Assembly (NCBI GenBank): GCA_963841995.1
Contig: CAWJEX010000021.1
Coordinates: 138,545-202,544, forward strand
Source: an uncultured Alphaproteobacteria bacterium
GTDB taxonomy: Bacteria > Pseudomonadota > Alphaproteobacteria > DATDPM01
DNA length: 64,000 nucleotides
Direction: 5' to 3'
The notes beneath the pieces were generated by a model. The model saw only the letters and a list, made by a program, of their open reading frames with translations, did not search any database and had not been told where the DNA came from. The position numbers and the translations under genes are program-made. Below, one piece after another: positions 1-10,992 of this stretch. Position 1 is the first letter of the stretch; the number at the start of each line of letters is the position of its first letter.

Positions 1-1
1 C

Positions 2-730
2 TGCCGCGTGGAGGCCGGCGGACATTTGGCGCTCGCCATGGCCACCCGCTACCGGCGTGCGGTCAACGGCGCGATTTCTCTATGGCGCCAAGCCGGCGGC
101 CGCGACTTCGATGCCGACGATCTCGGCTTGTTGAATGAAACCGCCAATCAGATCGGCATTGCAATCGAACAACTCGCCAATCACGAGGCACTGGAACGAT
201 TGGGCCGCACCGATGCGCTGACCGGCTTGTTCAATCGCCGTGTCTTCATCGAGGAAGTGCAGCGCCGCATGGCCGAAGCCGAGCGGAGTCTGCGCCCGAG
301 CTCGCTCTTCTATATCGATCTCGATAATTTCAAATTCATCAACGACAATCTCGGCCATCAGCGCGGGGATCGGGCATTGATTGCCTTGGCCGAGTTGCTG
401 CGCGCGAATAGCCGAGAAACCGACGTTGTCGCCCGTATCGGCGGCGATGAATTTGCACTTTGGGTCGCCGACGTGCAAACCGAGGCAGCGGGCGTAAAGG
501 CCCGGTCGCTGCTCGAAGCCGGCCGCACGCTGACCAAACATTCGGCCGATGCCGGGCATCCGCTCGGCTTTTCAATCGGCGCTGCGGTGTTCCGGCCGGG
601 CGTGGGCGAGCGTCTGGAACAGTTGATGGCGCGTGCGGATGAGGCGATGTACGCGGTGAAGAAAACCGGCAAGGGCGGCTTCGAAATGGCGCCCGATTAT
701 CAACCCATAGCGGCGGGAGCGGCGGGGTGA
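2..730 (+). CDS. GGDEF-domain diguanylate cyclase, 5'-partial (runs off window start)
   Basis: The translation contains the GGDEF signature (RIGGDEFALW) and an upstream GAF-like stretch. The ORF has no start within the window. Confidence 0.75.
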   Translation, partial: CRVEAGGHLALAMATRYRRAVNGAISLWRQAGGRDFDADDLGLLNETANQIGIAIEQLANHEALERLGRTDALTGLFNRRVFIEEVQRRMAEAERSLRPSSLFYIDLDNFKFINDNLGHQRGDRALIALAELLRANSRETDVVARIGGDEFALWVADVQTEAAGVKARSLLEAGRTLTKHSADAGHPLGFSIGAAVFRPGVGERLEQLMARADEAMYAVKKTGKGGFEMAPDYQPIAAGAAG

Positions 731-2023
731 AGGACGTTCTAAAGCGCATCGCCGGCACATTGAAGCTTCGGCCCGAACCGCTCGGCTACGATGAAGAAAA
801 GCGTCTGGCTCATCACGGCGACATCAAGGCGCGGACGAAGCTGGCGGCGCGGGATGACGTCCGCCCGGAAATTCTTTATTACCTCGCCGAAAATCCTTCG
901 CCCGAAGTTCGCCGCAGGATCGCGGCGAACGCCAATACGCCACGCCACGCCGACCTCATTCTCGCCCGCGATGATGACGACGTTGTGCGCACGGACTTGG
1001 CGGGCAAGATTGCGCGTCTGGCACCCGGCCTCTCCGCCAATGAGCAGGAAAGCGTTCGGCGGATGACCTATGAGATCCTCGAGATCCTCGCTCGCGATCA
1101 AATCCCGCGGGTGCGCCGGATCCTGGTCGAGACCTTGAAGGATTTGGCCGACGCCCCGTTCGAGATCATCGGCAGATTGGCCCGCGACACCGATGTCTCG
1201 GTGGCAGGTCCGGTGCTGCGGTCATCGCCGGTTCTGACCGACGAGGATTTGATCGAAATCATCCGGTCCTGCACCGCCGGCGGCTTGCTGACGGCAATTT
1301 CACAACGGCGGAGCGTGGGCGAGCGAGTCAGCGACGCGATCGCCGGTTCCGGCGATGTCGACGCGATCGGTGCCTTACTCGCCAATCCGAGCGCGCAAAT
1401 TCGCGAAGAGACTTTGGACCGCATCATCGACCACGCGCCGGAGATTGAGGCCTGGCACGCGCCGTTGGTGCGCCGGCCGAAGTTGTCTCAGCGGGCCATC
1501 ACGAAGATTGCGCGGTTTGTCGCGCATTCGTTGGTCGACGAATTGGAGGCCCGCGGCGATCTCGCGCCCGCGACCGTTGCGGCGGTGAGGAAAGAGTTGT
1601 CGAACCGGCTGGATCGCGAGGCGGAGGAAGGGAAAGAAGCGGCATCGGAAGAACCGCCCTTGGCGCGCGCCCAACGTCTCAAGGCGGAAGGAAATCTGAT
1701 CGAAAAAACGATCGCCGACGCACTGGCATCGGGCGATCGGCGCTTTGTCGGTGCCGCGCTTGCCGTGCTCTCGAAATCTTCCCTTGCCGCTAATCGAGAA
1801 GGTCGCCGAATCGAAAAGTGCCCGCGGCATCACCGCGGTCTGCTGGAAAGCGGGGCTCGGTATGCGCTTTGCCACCCAGCTTCAAATCCGCGTCGCCCAC
1901 ATTGCGCCCCAGTCGGCCATCAATCCGGTGAACGTGGATCAGTATCCGCTGACGCAGGAAGAGATGGAGTGGCAGCTCGACTTCTTCGGCTCGATGGTGC
2001 CGCCGAGTCCCGGGAGCACTTAA
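727..2023 (+). CDS. DUF2336-family protein, apparently with a +1 frameshift near 1745-1800
   Basis: Alpha-proteobacterial DUF2336-like sequence (ARDDVRPEILYYLAENPSPEVRRRIAANANTP...). After about 1790 the frame of the 727 ORF turns into R/P/H-rich junk. The overlapping ORF 1745..2023 carries a protein-like C-terminus. Confidence 0.5.
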
Positions 2024-2047
2024 TTCGTCCCAGGCGGACGTTCAATT

Positions 2048-2959
2048 TCAGCGGCCCGAGTGAATGAGCGTTCCGACGCCGTGCTCGGTGAAAATTTCCA
2101 GCAATAGGGCGTGAGGTACCCGCCCGTCGATGATGACGGCGCCGCCAACGCCCGATTGAACCGCTTCAATGCAGGTCTCGACCTTCGGGATCATGCCCCC
2201 CGAAATCGTGCCGTCGGTGATGAGAGCCCGCGCCTTTTTCGCCGAGAGTTCCCAAATCAGCCGTTTGTCCTTATCGAGGACGCCGACGACATCGGTCAGC
2301 AGCAGGAGGCGCGTCGCTTCGAGTGCCGCGGCAACCGCGCCGGCCGCGGTATCGGCGTTGATATTGTAGGTCTCGCCGTCGGTCCCGACGCCGAGCGGCG
2401 CAATGACCGGAATGATCCCGGCCTGTTCGAGCAGGTTCAGCATATGGCGGCGCACCAGCACCGGTTCGCCGACGAACCCAAGATCCAACACCTTCTCGAT
2501 ATTCAAGTCTTCGTCGCGAACGGATCGCGTCAGTTTCCGCGCTTCAATCATCCCGCCGTCCTTGCCCGACAACCCGATGGCGCTTCCGCCGGCTTCGAAA
2601 ATCGCGCGCACGATGTCTTTATTGATCGAGCCCGATAGCACCATCTCGACAATTGCGACCGTCGCCTTGTCGGTAACGCGCAAGCCGTCGACGAAGGAAC
2701 TCTTGATCTTGAGACGTTCGAGCATGGCGCCGATCTGCGGACCGCCGCCGTGCACGACGATGGGATGAATGCCCACCTGCTGCAGCAGCACGACGTCACG
2801 CGCAAATTCACGCGACAGCGTGTCGTCGCCCATCGCGTGGCCACCGTATTTGATGACAAAGTCGCAGCCAGAATAGCGCCGCATATAGGGCAGCGCCTCG
2901 GACAAGGTCTTGGCCTTGGCGAGATAAATTTCCCGGTCGCTGTCGTTTTTCGGCGTCAT
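2048..2959 (-). CDS. argB: acetylglutamate kinase
   Basis: 303 aa with [11 protein letters not shown] and [10 protein letters not shown] motifs. It sits beside engB and yidC as in many alphaproteobacteria. Confidence 0.9.
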   Translation of the reverse strand: MTPKNDSDREIYLAKAKTLSEALPYMRRYSGCDFVIKYGGHAMGDDTLSREFARDVVLLQQVGIHPIVVHGGGPQIGAMLERLKIKSSFVDGLRVTDKATVAIVEMVLSGSINKDIVRAIFEAGGSAIGLSGKDGGMIEARKLTRSVRDEDLNIEKVLDLGFVGEPVLVRRHMLNLLEQAGIIPVIAPLGVGTDGETYNINADTAAGAVAAALEATRLLLLTDVVGVLDKDKRLIWELSAKKARALITDGTISGGMIPKVETCIEAVQSGVGGAVIIDGRVPHALLLEIFTEHGVGTLIHSGR

Positions 2960-3004
2960 GGCGCGGAACTTTAGCGGAATTGGCTTCGAGGAGCCACCTC
3001 CCGC

Positions 3005-3658
3005 TCAGCGGTCCTGAAAGGCGATGGCGGCGAGATCGGCGCGGAGTTCGGCGATGCCGAGACCCTGATAAGCGCTGGTAGCCGCGATTTTCGGATAGGC
3101 CGCGGCGTGGGTCTGTAATTCCTTGCCCAGGCGGCACCGCAATTCCGCAAGCGCCGCGTCGGCCACTTTGTCCGCTTTGGTGAGCACGACTTGATAGGAT
3201 ACGGCGGCTTTGTCCAGCCGTTTGACGAATTCGCAGTCTCGCGCGTTGAAACCATGGCGCGCATCGATCAAGAGGCAGACCCGGCGCAAAACGGCGCGTC
3301 CCTCCAGATAAGCTTTGAGCAGGCGGTTCCAGGCGGCGATTTCGCGCCGGTCGGCCTCGGCATAGCCGTAGCCCGGCAGATCGGTGAGCATAAGATCATT
3401 GCCCAAAACGAAGAAGTTGAGCTGCCGGGTGCGGCCAGGGGTGCGCGAGACGCGAGTCAACGCGTTGCGTCCGGTCAGCGCATTGATGAGCGAGGATTTG
3501 CCGACGTTGGATCGCCCGGCAAAGGCGATTTCCGGCAAGCTGCTGGCGGGGATTCCGTCGATATCGGCGGCGCCGGTCACGAACCGGCATTCTTGCGCGA
3601 AGAGACGCCGGCCGCGTTCGAGGCGCTGGGAGTCATCGGCGTCCGAACCGGCCGCCAT
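3005..3658 (-). CDS. engB: ribosome biogenesis GTP-binding protein EngB/YihA
   Basis: G1 motif GRSNVGKSSLINALTG. The start is placed at the internal Met (MAAGSD...) because the longer ORF would overlap yidC, whose stop is at 3667. Confidence 0.8.
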   Translation of the reverse strand: MAAGSDADDSQRLERGRRLFAQECRFVTGAADIDGIPASSLPEIAFAGRSNVGKSSLINALTGRNALTRVSRTPGRTRQLNFFVLGNDLMLTDLPGYGYAEADRREIAAWNRLLKAYLEGRAVLRRVCLLIDARHGFNARDCEFVKRLDKAAVSYQVVLTKADKVADAALAELRCRLGKELQTHAAAYPKIAATSAYQGLGIAELRADLAAIAFQDR

Positions 3659-3666
3659 GCCGGATC

Positions 3667-5446
3667 TCAGCCCTTGTGCTTCCCGGCTTGGCGCATGATG
3701 AACCATTGCTGGGCGACCGAGAGGATGTTGTTCCACGCCCAATAAATCACCAGCCCCGCCGGAAATCGGGCGAGCATAAATGTGAACACGAGGGGCAGGA
3801 ACATGAAAATCCGCGCCTGGACCGGATCGGGCGGCGGGGGGTTCATGCGCTGCTGCAAGAACATGGTGACGCCCATGATCATGGGCCAAGCGCCGATCAG
3901 GAGAAGCGCCGGCAAGGAAAACTCGTGATTCAAAAGCGTCACGTGAAAATGCGCAGGATCCCAAGGGATCAATCCAAAAAAATTCCAAACATCGGTGGGG
4001 TCGGGGGCCGAGAGATCTTTGACCCAGCCGTAAAATGGCGCATGGCGCATTTCGATGGTGACGAACAGCACCTTGTACAGCGAGAAGAACACCGGGATCT
4101 GAATGAAGATCGGCAAACAGCCGGCCGCGGGATTCACTTTCTCGCGCTTATACAGCTCCATCATCTCTTGATTGAGACGCTGGCGATCGTCCGCGAAGCG
4201 CTCGCGCAGTTTCAGCATCTCGGGCTGCAGCGCCCGCATTTTTCCCATCGCCCGATAGGAGCGATTGGCCAGCGGCAGGAACAGGAGCTTGATGACGACG
4301 GTCAGCGCCATAATGGCGAGGCCGAAATTGCCGAGCCAGTCGTGGAGATAATTCAGAATATAGAAAAACGGTTTGGTCAAAAAATAGAACAGCCCGAAAT
4401 CCACCGCGAGGTCCAAGCGGTCGATTTTTTCGGCGCTGCCGTAATGATCGAGCAATCGCACTTCCTTGGCACCGGAGAAGAGCCGGCTCACATATTCGCC
4501 TTTGTCGCCCGACGCAATGGATTGGGCATCGGCCAAGAAATCGGTTTGGTAGCTATCGACGCCCGCATCGCTCCAATATTTGAAACGCGCGTGCGCCCTG
4601 ACCGACGGGTCGGGCACAACCGCGGCAAGCCAATATTTGTCGGTGAAGCCGAGCCAGCCGCCGCTTGTTTCCAACTCGACTTGCTGTTTCTCCTGGAGGT
4701 CCTTGTAACCGACATGGCGGTCGCCGGCGAACCATGGATTGCTGTAAAGGTTGCCGTCCAGATACCCAATCGGCCCTTCATAGAGGATCGAATAGCCGAG
4801 AAGTCTTCGGTGTACCGGTCCGTAGGACGCGCGCATAGGGCGAAAGCGTTACCGGGTTGGCGCCGTGATTTTCGACGCCTTGCGTTACCGTGAACATGAA
4901 GTTCTGGTCGAGCGCGATCGTGCGCGAGAAGACGAGGCCTTGGCCGTTGTCCCAGGACAAGGTCACGGGCTGATCCGGCGTCAGGGTGTCGTGATCGGCT
5001 TTCCACAGGGTATCCGGCCCCGGCACGGCAATTTTCTCATCGGATTTGGTGACCCAGCCGAAATCGGCGAAATCGGCGTTTTCCGTGCCGCTTGGAGTCA
5101 GCAACTGCACTTCCGGGCTGTCGGGATCGATGGTGTCGCGATAATTGACGAGATCGACGTCGTCGATCCGCCCGCCGATTAGCGCGATCGACCCGGTGAT
5201 GCGCGACGACTGGATTTTAATCCGCGGACTTTTGGCGAGAGCCTCGTCTCGGCTCAGCGGCTTGGCGGCCACTGCCGTCGGCGACGGAGCCGCGGCCGGA
5301 GTCGACGGCGGCGCAACGGCTGCTTGCTGCTGTACCGCCAATTCGCGTTGATGCTGCATGCGCGGCATTTCGACGAAGAATTCCCAGCCGAACAAGATGG
5401 CGGCGGAAAGAATAACGGCGACGATGAGATTTTGCCGATTATCCAT
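3667..5446 (-). CDS. yidC: membrane protein insertase YidC, split by an apparent frameshift near 4800-4830
   Basis: ORF 4778..5446 is the N-terminus ([24 protein letters not shown]...). ORF 3667..4836 is the C-terminal 60 kDa insertase domain. The two are in different frames and overlap around GCGCGCG. Confidence 0.85.
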
Positions 5447-5648
5447 GGCGGCACGATGGCAAATGGGTGGATTGAGCCTCGGGCACCGGATCGTATCCGG
5501 CAGCGCCCCAGGGATGGCACCGCAGCAGGCGCGATATCGTCAGCTTGATGCCGGTCGTCGCTCCGTGACGCTCGATCGCCTGGCGCGCATATTCCGAGCA
5601 ACTTGGCTCGAAGCGGCAGCTCGACAGCAGGAACGGCGAAATCGTCAA
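5439..5648 (-). CDS. yidD: membrane protein insertion efficiency factor YidD
   Basis: [11 protein letters not shown]...[14 protein letters not shown] motif. The in-frame upstream peptide [12 protein letters not shown] suggests the true start is a non-canonical codon further upstream, up to about 5690. Confidence 0.8.
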   Translation of the reverse strand: MTISPFLLSSCRFEPSCSEYARQAIERHGATTGIKLTISRLLRCHPWGAAGYDPVPEAQSTHLPSCRHG

Positions 5649-5707
5649 TTGATAGAATCGAATGAGACCGCGAAAAATCAGGCCGAGCGGGAGTGTGGGT
5701 TTTCAAC

Positions 5708-6082
5708 TCATGATGCGCGCTCGCGTTCCTGCCGGCCCCGCTCTCGCGCCGGCCCCAATTTGCGCAACGCTTCCGTCAAATCGTTCAAGAGATCGGCATA
5801 GGGCCGGTCCAGGGTTTCGCGCCGGGCGATCAAGACATAGTCATGGCCGGGAAGGGCGGAGCGCTCCAACACCTCGTGGACGGCGGCACGCAGTCTACGG
5901 CGCGCCCGGTTACGGGCGACCGCGGAGCCGATCTTGCGAGTAGCGGTGAAGCCGACACGCGGATTATTCATGCCGTCCGGACGCTTTGCAGTTTGGAGGA
6001 TGAGGCCAGGTCTGACGCATTTCTGCGACGCCGCGGCTACTCGCAGGAAGTCGGCGCGCAACTTCAGGCGCCCGAGTCCCAT
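5708..6082 (-). CDS. rnpA: ribonuclease P protein component
   Basis: 124 aa basic protein with RVGFTATRKIGSAVARNRARRRLR, located between yidD and rpmH. Confidence 0.85.
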   Translation of the reverse strand: MGLGRLKLRADFLRVAAASQKCVRPGLILQTAKRPDGMNNPRVGFTATRKIGSAVARNRARRRLRAAVHEVLERSALPGHDYVLIARRETLDRPYADLLNDLTEALRKLGPARERGRQERERAS

Positions 6083-6095
6083 GCAAGCGCTCCGG

Positions 6096-6230
6096 CTAAG
6101 CCGAAAGGCGCTTGCGGCCCTTGGCGCGGCGGCTTGAAAGCACCCGCCGACCGCCTACGTCCGCCATCCGCGCGCGAAAACCGTGCCGGCGCTTGCGAAC
6201 CAGTTTGCTCGGTTGGTAGGTGCGTTTCAC
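6096..6230 (-). CDS. rpmH: 50S ribosomal protein L34
   Basis: My own translation of the minus strand gives [44 protein letters not shown]. It uses a GTG start and is not present in the supplied ORF track. Confidence 0.9.
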   Translation of the reverse strand: MKRTYQPSKLVRKRRHGFRARMADVGGRRVLSSRRAKGRKRLSA

Positions 6231-6583
6231 GAATAGAACTCCGTTGCCTGGAACCAAAAGGAGAGGCCGCGTGTATACGGGTTTGCTCTTTCCAAGTCAA
6301 TGACCGAAGTCAGCCGTCGGCCCCCGATTTTGGGCACTTTTCCGCGGTTTTCCGCGGGATTCGCCGCGTGACCTAAGCCGGCTCCCGGAGCCCTGCAGCC
6401 GGCGGTAAATCTCACTCGAAGGTGAAGAAAGGTGAATAGGGGGCTTTGGACCCCCATGCTACATAGCAATGGCGCGTCATGGCTTGCTTTGCCGCCCAAG
6501 CTTGCCGCCCCCCTCCCCGTGGCGGCGGCCTCTGTCCGGGGAGGGGGCTTTGAAAGGGATTGGTCCTGAATAGCCCCGTATCC

Positions 6584-7315
6584 ATGAACGAGACGACGAA
6601 AAAGCCACCCTTGTCGCCGTTGCGGCAATTCCTGCCGCTTGCAGTCCTCATCGCCGGCCTCATCGCCTTCTTTGCACTGCGCCTCGACCGGTATCTTTCG
6701 CTTTCGGCTTTGGCCGAGAACCGCATGATGCTGCTCGACTGGGTGACGAAATCGGGGGCTCTTGCGCCGCTGGTTTTCATCGCCCTCTATGCGGTGGTGG
6801 TTGCAACCTCGGTGCCGGGCGGGGCGGTGATGACGCTTGCCGGAGGCTTTCTGTTCGGCACCGCTCTGGGCACGGTTTATTCGGCGTTGGGGGCTACGAT
6901 CGGCGCTGCTGCGGTTTTCCTGGCCGCGCGCACGGCGCTCGGCGAAATCTTATGCGCCAGGGCCGCGCCCTTCCTGCGCAAGATGGAAGCGGGATTCCGC
7001 GACAATGCGGTAAGCTACATGCTGCATCTCCGCCTGATTCCGCTGTATCCTTTCTGGCTGGTCAATCTCGTGCCGGCGCTTCTGGGCGTGCCGTTTGCGG
7101 TCTATATCGCGACGACGGCGATCGGCATCTTGCCGGGCACCGCCGTTTACAGCAGCGTCGGAAACGGGCTTGGCGCGCTGGTGGATGCGGGTCAGATGCC
7201 GGATCTTCACGTCATCTTTAAACCGTCCGTGTTCGGACCGCTTTTGGCGCTGGGCCTGCTGTCGCTGGTGCCCGTTTTTTATCGGAAGTACAAGGCCCGC
7301 CGCGAACGCGCATAG
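6584..7315 (+). CDS. TVP38/TMEM64 (DedA/SNARE-associated) family membrane protein
   Basis: Multi-TM protein. The start is set at MNETTKK. Confidence 0.6.
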   Translation: MNETTKKPPLSPLRQFLPLAVLIAGLIAFFALRLDRYLSLSALAENRMMLLDWVTKSGALAPLVFIALYAVVVATSVPGGAVMTLAGGFLFGTALGTVYSALGATIGAAAVFLAARTALGEILCARAAPFLRKMEAGFRDNAVSYMLHLRLIPLYPFWLVNLVPALLGVPFAVYIATTAIGILPGTAVYSSVGNGLGALVDAGQMPDLHVIFKPSVFGPLLALGLLSLVPVFYRKYKARRERA

Positions 7316-7346
7316 CGCATCCGGTTCGGGAACAGGGGGTCCGTCA

Positions 7347-8768
7347 ATGCGGCATATTGCGGTCGATATCTGCGTTGTCGGCGCGGGCTCCGGAGGCTTG
7401 AGCGTTGCCGCGGCGGCAACACAGATGGGCGCGTCCACCGTCCTCATCGAAAAAGCGAAGATGGGCGGCGATTGCCTCAACTACGGCTGCGTTCCCTCGA
7501 AATCCCTTCTCGCCGCGGCGCATGCGGCAGCCTCGGCGCGCAAGGCCAAGCAATTCGGCGTCGAATGCGGTTCCATTTGGGTCGACGGGCCGCGGGTTTA
7601 CGAACATATCCGCGGCGTTATCGCCGCGATCGCACCCAACGATTCCGAGGAGCGTTTCGAGGGCTTGGGTGCCACCGTCATTCGCGCGCCGGCTAAATTC
7701 GTCGGTCCGTCGGAAGTGGAAGCGGGCGAATTTCGCATCACCGCCCGGCGTTTCGTCATTGCGACCGGATCGTCGCCGGCAATTCCGAATGTTCCCGGGC
7801 TCGATCGGATTCCCTTTGAAACCAATGAGACGATTTTCGATCGCGAGAGTTTGCCGCGCCATCTTCTGATTGTCGGTGGCGGCCCGATCGGATTGGAGAT
7901 GGCCCAGGCCCATCGCCAATTGGGCGCGGACGTGACCGTTCTCGAGCGGATGACGATCCTGCCCAAGGACGATCCGGAATTGACGGCAATCCTCCGTGAT
8001 CTTCTGATCAAAGACGGCATTCGCATCGTCGAGAATGCCGTGATCGAAAATGTGGAGAGCTCCGGCTTCGGGATTGCCGCGCGCCTGCGCGTCGATGGCC
8101 AGATTGAGACCGTCGAAGCCAGCGATCTCATGGTGGCGGCAGGACGGAAGCCCACCGTCCACGGGTTGGGCCTGGACGCCGCCGGGATCGAATATTCGCC
8201 GCAGGGGATTTCGGTCGATGCCCGGCTGCGCACCACCAACAAGCGGGTCTTTGCCGTCGGCGATGTGGCAGGCCCTTACCAATTTACCCACATGGCCGGC
8301 TATCACGCCGGAATCGTCATTCGCAATGCGTTGCTGCGCCTCCCCTCCAAGGTGGATTACCGGGCGGTGCCCTGGGTCACCTTTACGGAGCCGGAGCTAG
8401 CCCAGATCGGCCTTTCCGAATCCGAAGCGAGGGCTCGACATCCCGAAATTCGAATTGCCCGGTGGTCGTTCCACGAAAACGACCGGGCCCAGGCGGAGCG
8501 CCTGACCGACGGTCTGGTCAAGGTCATCGCGACCCCGCGCGGCCGCGTGCTGGGGGCCTCGATCTTGGGGGCCAGGGCGGGGGAGCTCATCCAGCTTTGG
8601 GGCTTGGCAATCCAGCAAGGGCTGAAATTGAGCGCCGTCGCCCGCATGATCGCCCCGTACCCGACCCTGGGAGAGGTCAACAGACGGGCGGCGGGCAGCT
8701 ACTATACGGCGGCTCTGTTCGGACCGCGGCTGCGCCGTCTCGTCCGCTTCCTCGCCAAATTCGGTTAA
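7347..8768 (+). CDS. FAD-dependent pyridine nucleotide-disulfide oxidoreductase (dihydrolipoyl dehydrogenase/mercuric reductase-like)
   Basis: GAGSGG FAD-binding site and CLNYGCVPSK redox-active disulfide. The start is at the internal Met MRHIAVD; the 557 aa ORF overlaps the upstream gene. Confidence 0.8.
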   Translation: MRHIAVDICVVGAGSGGLSVAAAATQMGASTVLIEKAKMGGDCLNYGCVPSKSLLAAAHAAASARKAKQFGVECGSIWVDGPRVYEHIRGVIAAIAPNDSEERFEGLGATVIRAPAKFVGPSEVEAGEFRITARRFVIATGSSPAIPNVPGLDRIPFETNETIFDRESLPRHLLIVGGGPIGLEMAQAHRQLGADVTVLERMTILPKDDPELTAILRDLLIKDGIRIVENAVIENVESSGFGIAARLRVDGQIETVEASDLMVAAGRKPTVHGLGLDAAGIEYSPQGISVDARLRTTNKRVFAVGDVAGPYQFTHMAGYHAGIVIRNALLRLPSKVDYRAVPWVTFTEPELAQIGLSESEARARHPEIRIARWSFHENDRAQAERLTDGLVKVIATPRGRVLGASILGARAGELIQLWGLAIQQGLKLSAVARMIAPYPTLGEVNRRAAGSYYTAALFGPRLRRLVRFLAKFG

Positions 8769-8862
8769 CCTCGCCACCCCTCAATATGGACCGGTCCGTC
8801 TTGCTCCCCCGGAATAGTCCTTACGGCGGGATTTAACCACCGGCGGTGCTATAATTTGCATT

Positions 8863-10302
8863 ATGGCGGCGAAAAATGGCCCTCTTCCGAAGCGGGCGCT
8901 CGGGCTTTCAGCCCGGCTTCTCGTATTCACGATTTTCTTCGTGATGCTGAGCGAAGTTGCGATCTATGTGCCGTCGATCGCGCGGTTTCGCCAGCAATAT
9001 CTCCAGGAACGGCTCGCCGATGCGCATCTCGCCACGATTGCGGTTGAGGCGGCGCCCAGCGACCAAGTCACTGACGAGTTGGCGATGAAGCTGCTCGATC
9101 AAGTGGACGCCTACGGCATCATGCTCAGCGGAGCGGGAATGGCAAAGCGCGCGATCTACCGCAAAATGCCGCCGCACGCGGATATGGTCGTGAGTCTCGA
9201 CGACGACAACGCTTTCGATCTGGTCGCGGATGCGTTCGACACGCTGAAGCAACGTCACAATCGCGTGTTGCGCGTCATCGGCTACTCGCTGCAGGAGGGG
9301 CGCGCGGTGGTCGAGGTCGTGCTGGATGAAACGCCGCTGCGTCTCGCCATGTACAATTACTCGGCGCGGATTTTGGGACTCTCGATCATGATCGCGTTAG
9401 CAACGGCGACGCTGGTCTTCATCAGTCTGCAATGGATGATGGTGCGCCCGATCCGGCGCTTGACCGAGAACATGGTCGGTTTCCGGGCTGACCCCGAAAA
9501 TCCCGCACAGATGATTGTGCCAAGCGGCCGGCGCGATGAGATCGGTATGGCGGAGCGAGAGCTCTCGATCATGCAACGGGACTTGCGAACGGCGCTGGCG
9601 CAACGGGGGCGTTTAGCGGCGATTGGCACCGCGGTCGCCAAGATCAGTCACGACCTTCGCAATATTCTTCAGACCGCGAGCGTGGTTTCGGATCGGCTTG
9701 CGGCGGTCAACGATCCGGAGGTTGCTAAGATGGCGCCGCGCCTCGTGCGGTCAATCGACCGAGCCATCGATTTATGCCGCCAGACGCTCGATTACGCTCA
9801 CGACGCGCCGCCAGCGCCGCGGCGGAGCGTTTTTCCGCTTCGCGGACTCATCGACGAGGTTGCGGCGGATCAGTCCCTGGCCAACGGCACCGAAATCCGA
9901 TTCGAAACCGATTTTACGGCGGATACCGAGATCGCGGCCGACCGCGATCAGTTATTCCGCGTGCTTGCCAATCTCGCCCGCAATGCCATTCAGGCCGGTG
10001 CCAGCATCGTGCGCGTGACGGCGATGGATCGCGACGGCTTCATCGATATCACGATTTCCGATAACGGGCCGGGATTGCCGGCCAAGGCGCGCGATCATTT
10101 GTTCCAGCCCTTTATCGGTTCGACCAAGCCGGGCGGTACGGGTCTCGGCTTAGTGATCGCGCGGGAAATCATGCAGGCCCATGGCGGCGACATCATTCTG
10201 GTCGAGACGTCGGAGAACGGCACGGTGTTTCGATTGTCGCTGCCGGTCGCCAAATCGGGTTCGGCTATTGTCGTCGTCAATCGAGCGGCCGCCCATTCGT
10301 GA
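8863..10302 (+). CDS. sensor histidine kinase (two TM segments, HisKA and HATPase domains)
   Basis: H-box AKISHDLRNIL and G-boxes DNGPGLP and GGTGLGL. No adjacent response regulator. Confidence 0.8.
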   Translation: MAAKNGPLPKRALGLSARLLVFTIFFVMLSEVAIYVPSIARFRQQYLQERLADAHLATIAVEAAPSDQVTDELAMKLLDQVDAYGIMLSGAGMAKRAIYRKMPPHADMVVSLDDDNAFDLVADAFDTLKQRHNRVLRVIGYSLQEGRAVVEVVLDETPLRLAMYNYSARILGLSIMIALATATLVFISLQWMMVRPIRRLTENMVGFRADPENPAQMIVPSGRRDEIGMAERELSIMQRDLRTALAQRGRLAAIGTAVAKISHDLRNILQTASVVSDRLAAVNDPEVAKMAPRLVRSIDRAIDLCRQTLDYAHDAPPAPRRSVFPLRGLIDEVAADQSLANGTEIRFETDFTADTEIAADRDQLFRVLANLARNAIQAGASIVRVTAMDRDGFIDITISDNGPGLPAKARDHLFQPFIGSTKPGGTGLGLVIAREIMQAHGGDIILVETSENGTVFRLSLPVAKSGSAIVVVNRAAAHS

Positions 10303-10322
10303 CTGAATCCGCGGCTTGAGCG

Positions 10323-10862
10323 GTGGGGTTCGTTCGTAATTGTCTAGGACAGAACGCCTCGCCCGCGATTGCCGTGGTGCCAGGGCGTTGTTGCGAGGAG
10401 GGTGGGCATGCTTGCCGGTATCGTCGCCTCGACCATCCTGGTCGGTCTGACACTGCTCGTCCCCTACGAGATCCTGCGACTTGCCTGGGCGCTGCTGCCG
10501 TCGCTCCCTTTCCCGGTGCGCCTCAGGGTCGTCTTCATCTCTTTGCGGCATTCCTCGCGCACACCATCGAAGTCCGGCTTTAGGCGATTGCGTTTTACGT
10601 CTTCGTCGACCTATTTCAGTTTGCCAGCTTCGGCGGCGGGGTGATGGCGGACTGGCGCGACTATGTGTATTTTTCCGCGATCACCGATGCCTCGCTCGGC
10701 CTCGGCGACGTCTTCCCGTTGGGCCAAGCGCGGCTGTTGACCGGGGTTGAGGCTCTGAACGGCCTGGTCCTGATCGGTTGGTCGGCCTCCTTCACCGATG
10801 TGATCATGAAGAGATTGTGGCCGCTTCATATGGGCCGTCATGGTCGGAGCAAGGATGATTAA
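10323..10862 (+). pseudogene. two-TM K+ channel (Ion_trans_2 family) interrupted by an in-frame TAG at 10581-10583 and a probable upstream frameshift
   Basis: The frame continuing past the TAG encodes AIAFYVFVDLFQFASFGGGVMADWRDYVYFSAITDASLGLGDVFPLG: TM1, pore helix and a GLGD selectivity-filter-like motif. The N-terminal hydrophobic segment lies in another frame. Confidence 0.5.
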
Positions 10863-10992
10863 CGAATTATTCGGGCTTGCGGACCCAAGCTTCGGCCTTA
10901 TGTAACGGGTACCGGCTTTCTTTGGCCGGGCATTTTGCAGTACACAATCTGCCGTATCGGGGCGGTGCCTTTCCCGGTCAGGAGATAAGCCG

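Noticed and set aside
3676-4893. 405-aa plus-strand ORF antisense to yidC
   Set aside because: The opposite strand encodes a bona fide YidC 60-kDa domain. The composition is His/Arg-rich with no domain.
5254-5706. 150-aa minus-strand ORF spanning the yidC/yidD/rnpA junctions
   Set aside because: It is out of frame with three well-supported genes. It is Arg/Pro/Ser-rich junk typical of an alternative frame in high-GC DNA.
6507-6548. GCCCCCCTCCCCG ... CGGGGAGGGGGC inverted repeat 35 nt upstream of the TVP38-family gene
   Set aside because: This may be a simple leader hairpin. There is no recognisable riboswitch or attenuator context, so it is noted only as low-priority.
7344-8306. 320-aa minus-strand ORF antisense to the FAD oxidoreductase gene
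   Set aside because: The sense strand has clear FAD/NAD and CxxxxC motifs. The antisense product has none.
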